DNA of 60,053 nucleotides from an uncultured Gammaproteobacteria bacterium (GTDB lineage Bacteria; Pseudomonadota; Gammaproteobacteria; Francisellales; CACEW01): NCBI GenBank assembly GCA_902563055.1, contig CACEWE010000005.1, positions 1 to 60,053 of the forward strand, read 5' to 3'. Shown piece by piece: positions 53,180 to 60,053 of this stretch (position 1 is its first letter; each line of letters starts with the position of its first letter). The notes under the pieces were generated by a model. It saw only the letters and a program-made list of their open reading frames with translations, ran no database searches and was not told where the DNA came from. The position numbers and the translations under genes were made by a program.

Positions 53180-53711
53180 CTATAATGCATCGACATAAAA
53201 CCAACGCCCATCGATGCGGCGAAAAAGCGAACGCTCATCGATGGCCTGCTGGGTTTTATTTTCACGATAATGTGCCTGAAAATGCACCATGCCCTCGCTA
53301 TCACCGGGCTGGCCGCCTGAAACTTCTAGGATGTCCAAGCCAAGCCACTTTACCTCCAAAGCCCATACTTTAGTCGTATCAGGGCTAAAACCATTGCTAG
53401 CTGGTGGCGCCATAGTTGCTTGAATATAGCCCATATTTGCCTTGGTATATGCAAAGTAACGAGACCGCATCCTGGAACTACATTAAACTTCATTTATAGT
53501 GCACTAGCTTCTTAAAAACACTATTGAAAGTACTCATTTATAAATATAAACTCCGTGCTTTCATAGCATTTTTACTTGCTATCATCCCTCTAAATGAAGC
53601 TTACTACTAGCTCCAGCGTTCCAGTGCAGTTTGAGGAATTTTCTTCCCTAATACAAAGGCTCTACAACAATGCAAGAGGCCTAAACCACTACCACATGGA
53701 CAAGATTTCAT
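53180..53711 (-). pseudogene. ychJ: YchJ (SEC-C/NTF2-like) gene disrupted by a 145-bp element
   Basis: 5' part MKSCPCGSG...CC...PQTALE and 3' part MRSRYFAY...WLGLDI...ERSLFRRIDGRWFYVD; removing 53472-53616 restores a 128-aa frame. Confidence 0.85.
53472..53616. mobile_element. MITE-like non-coding element with imperfect ~25-bp terminal inverted repeats
   Basis: Left end CTGGAACTACATTAAACTTCATTTA; reverse complement of right end CTGGAGCTAGTAGTAAGCTTCATTTA. Confidence 0.75.
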
Positions 53712-53815
53712 AATCGCATCATCTCCAGTGCAGTTTGAGGAATTTTCTTCCCTAATATAAAGGTTCTACAACAATGCAAGAGGCCTAAACCACTACCACA
53801 CGGACAGGTTTTCAT
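53620..53815 (-). repeat. Tandem duplication (104-bp period) of the ychJ 5' end
   Basis: 53620-53711 vs 53724-53815; upstream copy encodes MKTCPCGSGLGLLHCCRTFILGKKIPQTALEMMRL*. Confidence 0.9.
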
Positions 53816-53824
53816 TAATGAGAT

Positions 53825-54850
53825 CTATTCATCCTCAGAAACAAGCTGCTCACTTGCCTTTTCTGGCATAAGCTGGGCTTTGATCTTATCTTGGATTTCC
53901 TGCATCAAGGCTTCGTTTTCATAGAGGAATTTTTTGACATTTTCCTTACCTTGGCCAATTTTACTGCCATTGTAACTATACCATGCGCCAGATTTTTCAA
54001 TAATGTCATATTCAACCCCAAGGCTCACCAGCTCACCGGCTCGACAAATACCTTTGCCGTACATGATATCAAACTCGGCTTTTTTAAACGGCGGTGAAAC
54101 TTTGTTTTTAACCACTTTTACTCGAGTTTCATTACCAACAATTTCCTCGCCCTGCTTAATAGCACCAATACGACGAATATCTAAGCGCACTGAAGAATAA
54201 AATTTTAAGGCATTACCACCAGTTGTGGTTTCAGGATTACCAAACATAACGCCAATTTTCATTCGAATTTGGTTAATAAAGATAACCAAAGTATTTGCAC
54301 GTTTTATATTAGCCGTTAACTTACGAAGCGCTTGGGACATTAAACGCGCCTGTAAACCCATGTGTGAATCACCCATATCGCCCTCAATTTCCGCCTTTGG
54401 CGTTAACGCTGCAACAGAATCAACCACCAAAACATCAACCGCACTAGAACGCACCAACATGTCAGCAATTTCCAAAGCTTGCTCACCTGTATCAGGCTGA
54501 GAAACCAATAAGTCATCAACATTAACCCCTAAAACTTTAGCGTACTGTGGATCTAGTGCGTGCTCTGCATCAACAAATGCTGCCGTACCACCGGCTTTTT
54601 GCGCCTCAGCTATCACTTGCAAAGTAAGCGTGGTTTTACCAGAAGATTCTGGACCATATATTTCGATAATACGACCCTTGGGAAGTCCGCCGATACCAAG
54701 GGCGGCATCTAGCGCTAAGGACCCAGTTGGAATAGCTTCAATGTCTTGTGCCCCACCAGCATCGCCCATACGCATGACGGATCCTTTGCCAAATTGCTTT
54801 TCTATTTGTGAGAGTGCACCCATTAAGGCACGTTGTTTTTGTTCGTCCAT
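53825..54850 (-). CDS. recA: Recombinase A
   Basis: [42 protein letters not shown]; real start 54850, not the track's 55018. Confidence 0.98.
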   Translation of the reverse strand: MDEQKQRALMGALSQIEKQFGKGSVMRMGDAGGAQDIEAIPTGSLALDAALGIGGLPKGRIIEIYGPESSGKTTLTLQVIAEAQKAGGTAAFVDAEHALDPQYAKVLGVNVDDLLVSQPDTGEQALEIADMLVRSSAVDVLVVDSVAALTPKAEIEGDMGDSHMGLQARLMSQALRKLTANIKRANTLVIFINQIRMKIGVMFGNPETTTGGNALKFYSSVRLDIRRIGAIKQGEEIVGNETRVKVVKNKVSPPFKKAEFDIMYGKGICRAGELVSLGVEYDIIEKSGAWYSYNGSKIGQGKENVKKFLYENEALMQEIQDKIKAQLMPEKASEQLVSEDE

Positions 54851-55088
54851 ACTGAAGTTCCTTATCGTTGATGAAGAGAAAAATGTAGATAATTTTTGCT
54901 CAATTTTAAACCAAATCATCCTAGCATACTTTGCCCTGAGATAAAAGCAGCAAATTGCTTTTTTTTTTGAAAAAAATATCGTTTGATTGAAAAAAAACCA
55001 TTGCCAAAAGGCTAACACTTGTGCGACAATATAAAACCTTCTTTTGTACTGATACTTGCCACCAAGAACCTAAAAATAGGAATAAAAT

Positions 55089-56495
55089 GTGATTAACGAC
55101 GAACAACATTTTAAGCTCGTAAGCTGGCCTGCCATCCGGCAACAGGTATCGCGCCACAACCCGCATGTCGCCCATGAAATTGATAATATTCGTTATAACA
55201 ATCGTATTAAACTCCTTTTAGTCTCCATCCCCTATGGCGCCATTATTGTTCAGCATGGTCAGTTTCATATCTACTGCCAAAATCAATCGATCCCTTTTTA
55301 CGATCAACGTATTGCACATTTGGTTCAAGATACACTTGGCTACCACAAGCCAAACTTTCCCCTGGCTATGCTTATTCAAAATACTACTGAAGCCTTTATC
55401 GACTATAAAAGCCATATCATGCCTATTCATACCCAAAGCCCTGGAGATTTTTTACCACTGGTAAATTTAGACGGCAACAAACGCAAAAAACGCCAAGATT
55501 ATCAAATGTATTCGGCAACTGCTGGGGCACGGTCTCTTATTACGCTTCCTAAGCTTTCCCACCAGCTCTACAATAACAATTTAGCCAAATACTACCAATA
55601 TGAAGCACCACCCGTTGCAAAAGACTTTCATATGCAATGGCCTATTTTTAGAAAATTGGCTCAGTCGGAGAACTTTGAACGCAAATGGCATACCCAAATG
55701 GTCATTTTTCCTGCCAGTTTACTTGAAAAGCTCAGTAGCCTTCCTGAATTTATCCCCTTAAAACACAGACTTTATCAACAACTTTGGCGTCACCAGCCGA
55801 TGTCTTTTCAACAAACCACCTTTGATGTTGCATGGTCACTCTACACGAATGAGCTTACTACTGCCTTAAGGCATAACCCATACCTTATAGAAACTGCTAA
55901 GCATTTGATTAAAATTGCCTTAGGTCTTGCCCCTGGTTACACTCCTGCAATCGAAGATAACCAAGCACCGATTAAAAACTTCTATAAAAGCCTGGTCCAT
56001 GTTTACAAGATTCGGTATTATCACCCTATTTTTATGCAAGCACAGGTCTATGATGGCCAAAGAAAAGTCTATTATTCCTTACATAAGCAAACCATGAACT
56101 GTGCCTTACCGCCGCAATCTAATAGTAAACGCACCATTGAAGAGCTGGTTCATATTAAAGCTATCACCAAAGGTTTTATTCATCATATTGCAGAAAAACG
56201 CTTTCATTTCCCTTTGCATGAAAGCGAATTATTTGAAAAATTAAAGCATACCGATTTTACTTTTTACCACCCGCAAGGTAATGAGGCACTTAACGGTAAT
56301 ATTCAAGAAATCCATCAACAGGATGAGCGATTTCATACTATTAGTGGCCAAATGAAAAATCATAATAATCTTCGCTTCCCGGATCATTCCTCTTTTTTCA
56401 AGGGCTGTGTTCGAATCCAACCAAAGCAACAACAACACAATAAACCGAAAATTGGCGCATTTTTGATGCCATTGAAACAAAAAATTAGCCTTTAA
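55089..56495 (+). CDS. Hypothetical protein
   Basis: 468-aa ORF divergent from recA, GTG start; no motif recognised with confidence. Confidence 0.75.
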   Translation: MINDEQHFKLVSWPAIRQQVSRHNPHVAHEIDNIRYNNRIKLLLVSIPYGAIIVQHGQFHIYCQNQSIPFYDQRIAHLVQDTLGYHKPNFPLAMLIQNTTEAFIDYKSHIMPIHTQSPGDFLPLVNLDGNKRKKRQDYQMYSATAGARSLITLPKLSHQLYNNNLAKYYQYEAPPVAKDFHMQWPIFRKLAQSENFERKWHTQMVIFPASLLEKLSSLPEFIPLKHRLYQQLWRHQPMSFQQTTFDVAWSLYTNELTTALRHNPYLIETAKHLIKIALGLAPGYTPAIEDNQAPIKNFYKSLVHVYKIRYYHPIFMQAQVYDGQRKVYYSLHKQTMNCALPPQSNSKRTIEELVHIKAITKGFIHHIAEKRFHFPLHESELFEKLKHTDFTFYHPQGNEALNGNIQEIHQQDERFHTISGQMKNHNNLRFPDHSSFFKGCVRIQPKQQQHNKPKIGAFLMPLKQKISL

Positions 56496-56658
56496 GTTTA
56501 ATTCTCCCAAAACGTCTCATATCAAAAGGTGCCCGCCCTCATACATTGACTTAGATCAGAAAAATAACTGTAGTCAAAAAAACAAGCCCTACTGGAATTG
56601 ATACCAAAGCATATATGATGCATAATGCTAGTTTTTTATAATCAAGAGGAACCATTGC

Positions 56659-57666
56659 ATGAGTAATTACTTAGATAGAAATTTAGCATTAGAAGTTGTT
56701 AGAGTCACAGAAGCTGCTGCACTAGCAGCCTCCACCCAAATGGGTCGTGGTGATGAAAAAATGGCAGATCAAGTAGCAGTAGATGCCATGCGCCGTGCTT
56801 TTAATAGTATTGCTATTAATGGAACTGTAGTGATTGGTGAGGGGGAAAGAGATGAAGCCCCTATGCTTTATATCGGCGAACAAGTAGGTAATAAAAATGG
56901 CCCCAAGGTTGATATTGCCCTAGACCCACTTGAAGGCACAACAATTACTGCCAATGGTGGCAATAATGCTTTATCGGTTATTGCGATTGCTGAAGAAGGC
57001 GGCTTTTTAAATGCACCTGATGTCTACATGGATAAAATTGCAGTTGGCCCTAACCTACCTAATGGTATTATCGACATTAACGCTCCCGTACAACAAAACC
57101 TTAAACGCCTTGCAAAAGAAAAAAACATACCGGTCTCTTATCTTACGGTTTGTATTCTTGATCGCCCTAGACATAAAGAATTAATTTCAGCGGTACGCAA
57201 GGCTGGCGCAAGAATTATTCTCATTGGTGATGGCGATGTTTCTGGAGTTATTGCAACTGCCACACCAGAATCTGGCATCGATATGTATATTGGCACTGGA
57301 GGTGCGCCTGAAGGGGTTTTAGCTGCTGCTGCACTAAGATCTATTGGTGGACAAATGCAAGGACGATTATGCTTTAATACCGATGATGAAAAACAACGCG
57401 CGGAAAAAATCGGCATTAGTGACTTTGACCGTATCTACCATCTTGAAGATCTAGCTCGAGGCGATGTTATGTTTGCAGCAACTGGCGTTACCCATGGAAC
57501 TATGGTTCAAGGGGTGCGCTACTTTAATGGTGGTGCTATTACCAACAGCTTAGTGATGCGCTCGCGCACCCGCACGGTTCGTAATATTGAAGCGAAACAT
57601 TATTTTGAAACCAAGCCATACCGTATCAAAAAGCCAGAATTACAAAAGGAATATATTAGTATTTAG
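56659..57666 (+). CDS. glpX: Class II fructose-1,6-bisphosphatase
   Basis: RVTEAAA, VIGEGERDEAPML, DPLEGT, APDVYMDK, GGAPEGV. Confidence 0.96.
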   Translation: MSNYLDRNLALEVVRVTEAAALAASTQMGRGDEKMADQVAVDAMRRAFNSIAINGTVVIGEGERDEAPMLYIGEQVGNKNGPKVDIALDPLEGTTITANGGNNALSVIAIAEEGGFLNAPDVYMDKIAVGPNLPNGIIDINAPVQQNLKRLAKEKNIPVSYLTVCILDRPRHKELISAVRKAGARIILIGDGDVSGVIATATPESGIDMYIGTGGAPEGVLAAAALRSIGGQMQGRLCFNTDDEKQRAEKIGISDFDRIYHLEDLARGDVMFAATGVTHGTMVQGVRYFNGGAITNSLVMRSRTRTVRNIEAKHYFETKPYRIKKPELQKEYISI

Positions 57667-57849
57667 CTGTTTCATCATACTTATAGTATTGATGTTTGCA
57701 GGTTTTGAAAGTACGCGAATTTTTTCAGGCTAAACCAACCCCGTTAATGGTTTTAAATTGCATGTAATCTAATAGTTGCGCTTGTGCCTGGTCCCATTTG
57801 CATAATCGCTTATACTGTTGTACTACTATATCTAGCACCATAGAGGATT

Positions 57850-58635
57850 TTGATGATGCAACAGTATAATAAGCATGTGAGCGCCAAGCCATCACATTAT
57901 GATAAAGAAGCTGAATTTTACGATCAATTTAACGAGCACGGCTCTAGCCTTATCAATCGATATATAGAGACCACCTTGCATAAGCATAAAGCAAAAACCG
58001 TACTTGATTTTGCATGTGGCACTGGCTCTCAAGTTTTTTACTTAATCAAAAATGGCTATCATGTCACTGGCTTAGACATTAGCAGAAAAATGCTATCCAT
58101 CGCACAAAATAAAGCAAAAAAGGCTCATTTAGAAGTGCCATTAATATTGGGGGATATGAGAACCAAGCAAGCAGGCACCTTTGATGCAGTTATGACGATA
58201 CATAGTGCTATTGGCCATCTTACTAAAAATGATTTTGACAAATCCTTGAAAAATATTTATAAAAACTTAAATACAAAAGGCTTATATATCTTTGATATTT
58301 TTAACTTAGATTATTTGCAAGAAGGAGAAAATATAACGCACTTAACCATAGATGGTCAAAAAAAAATAGGCGATACTATCCGTCGAGAAATTCAGTATAG
58401 CACCATAGATAGCGATGGAGTGCTTGCTTCATACGATATTTACCACGAGCAAAAAGGGCATAACAAGCCCCAAATATCAAATGCCTTTCAAACACTTCAA
58501 GTATATAGCGCAGAGCAATTAAAGCACATGCTTAATCAAAATGGGTTTAAAATAGTACAACAATGCAACATTGATGGCACTGAATTTTGCCGAAAAACTT
58601 CTCCACGCATCATGAACATTGCGATGAAACAATAA
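57850..58635 (+). CDS. Class I SAM-dependent methyltransferase
   Basis: VLDFACGTG, GLDIS..ML, GDMR, GLYIFD. Confidence 0.88.
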   Translation: MMMQQYNKHVSAKPSHYDKEAEFYDQFNEHGSSLINRYIETTLHKHKAKTVLDFACGTGSQVFYLIKNGYHVTGLDISRKMLSIAQNKAKKAHLEVPLILGDMRTKQAGTFDAVMTIHSAIGHLTKNDFDKSLKNIYKNLNTKGLYIFDIFNLDYLQEGENITHLTIDGQKKIGDTIRREIQYSTIDSDGVLASYDIYHEQKGHNKPQISNAFQTLQVYSAEQLKHMLNQNGFKIVQQCNIDGTEFCRKTSPRIMNIAMKQ

Positions 58636-58651
58636 TAGGGACGAATAAGCC

Positions 58652-59539
58652 ATGGATCAAATTAGAAAAAACACAATCGCACTCTATGGCAAACACGGCA
58701 AAGAGTGGCTTGAGAGATTGCCTGCTATAAGGGCAGCAATAGCTAAAAAATATCAATTAAGCGCTCTAAACCCAGTTAGCAACATGAGCTTTAACTATGT
58801 ATGCTCTGGCATGCAAAATGAAAAACCCATTATGCTAAAGCTGGGATTTGACCAACAAGCATTTTCTAAGGAAGCAGATTGCTTACAGGCCTTTGAACAA
58901 TATGGTAGCGCTAAGCTTATTGCAACAGAGCCTGGCATGATAATAATGCAAAAGCTGGACCCAGGCATGACGCTAAAATCCTATTTCCCCCAAAAAGATG
59001 ATCAAGCACTCACCATTTTATGCAAAACAATACTGCAATTACACAAAGCTCAAATACCCAAACACCATCATTTTGTTCCTTTAAAAAAAATATTATCCAT
59101 CTTAGATCAAGACTTAGATATTCCTCAAAAATTATTAGACAGCGCCAGAGCATTGCGTGATGATTTGCTTTTAAGCACCAAAAAGGAGGTATTACTGCAC
59201 GGGGACTTGCATCATGAAAACCTCTTACAACATGGCAATGATTGGAAAGTAATAGACCCTAAAGGTTTTATTGGAGACCCTTTATTTGATCTGTGTGCTT
59301 TTATTCACAATCCTATACCAGAGTTATTACAACAAACCAATCCGGTTGCGCTGATTCAAAAACGCATAGAAGTCTGTTCCCATGAACTCCAAGCCCCTCA
59401 ACAAAGAATACAAGATTGGCTATATGTTAAATCTGTTTTAGGCTGGGCATGGTGTTTGGATGATAATATGGCCCCAGATTATTTTAAGGACTGTGTTAGG
59501 CTTTTGGAAAAAATAAGGAAAAAAGCAGATGAGTATTAA
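58652..59539 (+). CDS. APH(6)/hydroxyurea-type phosphotransferase
   Basis: GKEWLERLP, LLHGDLHHENLL, VIDPKGFIGDP.FD. Confidence 0.88.
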   Translation: MDQIRKNTIALYGKHGKEWLERLPAIRAAIAKKYQLSALNPVSNMSFNYVCSGMQNEKPIMLKLGFDQQAFSKEADCLQAFEQYGSAKLIATEPGMIIMQKLDPGMTLKSYFPQKDDQALTILCKTILQLHKAQIPKHHHFVPLKKILSILDQDLDIPQKLLDSARALRDDLLLSTKKEVLLHGDLHHENLLQHGNDWKVIDPKGFIGDPLFDLCAFIHNPIPELLQQTNPVALIQKRIEVCSHELQAPQQRIQDWLYVKSVLGWAWCLDDNMAPDYFKDCVRLLEKIRKKADEY

Positions 59540-60053
59540 AATTTTAGAAACCAAGCGACTTATTTTACAGGTACCGCAGTTATCAGATCTTGATCATCTT
59601 ATCGCCCTTCGCACCGACCCACAAGTGATGCGCTGCCTTGGCGGCTTCGGCGAACCATTTGGTTCTGGCAAGATTCAAGATGTCAAAGAGATTGAATATC
59701 AACTAAGCCTGGCCCAAGACTATTATGATACCTATGGTCTTGGATTTTTTTGTGCATTTGAAAAAACTACCGGAGACTTTATTGGTCAAGCCGGCTTATT
59801 TCATGTTTGCTTTAATACTAAGCAGCCAGATATTGAACTTGCATATCGCTTACATAAAAAGCATTGGGGCAAGGGCTATGCTACTGAACTTGCGCTTGCT
59901 TTAATTGATTGGGGACTTCATCAATATAAACTCCCTAAAATTATTGCCGCCGTCCATCCCGGCAATAAAAGATCCATTGCCGTGTTAGAAAAATCCGGCA
60001 TGCTTTTGCAAGGAACCATCAAGCATAAAGGCCACAACTTGCCATGCTATATT
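59529..60053 (+). CDS. RimJ/RimL-type GNAT acetyltransferase, runs off the window edge
   Basis: Manual translation: MSIKILETKRLIL...FIGQAGL...ELAYRLHKKHWGKGYATE...N.RSIAVLEKSG. Confidence 0.88.
   Translation, partial: MSIKILETKRLILQVPQLSDLDHLIALRTDPQVMRCLGGFGEPFGSGKIQDVKEIEYQLSLAQDYYDTYGLGFFCAFEKTTGDFIGQAGLFHVCFNTKQPDIELAYRLHKKHWGKGYATELALALIDWGLHQYKLPKIIAAVHPGNKRSIAVLEKSGMLLQGTIKHKGHNLPCYI

Noticed and set aside
54851-55018. 56-aa N-terminal extension of RecA in the ORF track
   Set aside because: The canonical RecA N-terminus starts at 54850 after an AAGGA RBS; the extension is promoter DNA. No clear CTGT-N8-ACAG LexA box was seen

Overview
AT-rich gammaproteobacterial chromosome segment. 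Gene content suggests a Legionellales/Thiotrichales-like, probably host-associated organism (inference). The backbone is housekeeping: mpl (partial), ppa, mltA, ggt, miaB, tRNA-Ala(GGC)/tRNA-Glu(TTC), ruvB-tolQRAB-pal-cpoB-queE, a TolC/MFP/MacB-permease operon with no ATPase, sohB, a YbhGFS-like exporter, tadA, sdhCDAB-sucAB, gltA, a CNNM/CorC protein, a DAACS transporter, Nif3, pldA, recA, glpX and an MTase-APH(6)-GNAT cluster. About a dozen AT-rich orphan genes are wedged singly between these genes, several with eukaryote-type motifs. They include a 957-aa repeat protein with two IQ (calmodulin-binding) motifs, flanked by a ~318-bp duplication of the DAACS gene 3' end; a 1051-aa Ser/Thr kinase whose subdomains are split by large inserts; two tandem HAD-like paralogs with Cys-rich N-termini; and a protein with an NLS-like N-terminus. 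Three tandem exported Asp-rich proteins are built of 13-aa TSP3-like Ca-binding repeats. Five accessory genes (two Asp-rich genes, the IQ protein, the kinase and a lipoprotein) share an identically spaced upstream motif, TTGAWM-N16-TAYHMT-TA with a C just before the -10, and the third Asp-rich gene has the matching -10 (CTACACTTAA). This hints at a co-regulated, sigmaS-like Ca2+/calmodulin-themed module. ychJ is disrupted by a 145-bp MITE-like element and has a duplicated 5' end. No CRISPR array, rRNA, transposase or integrase was seen.
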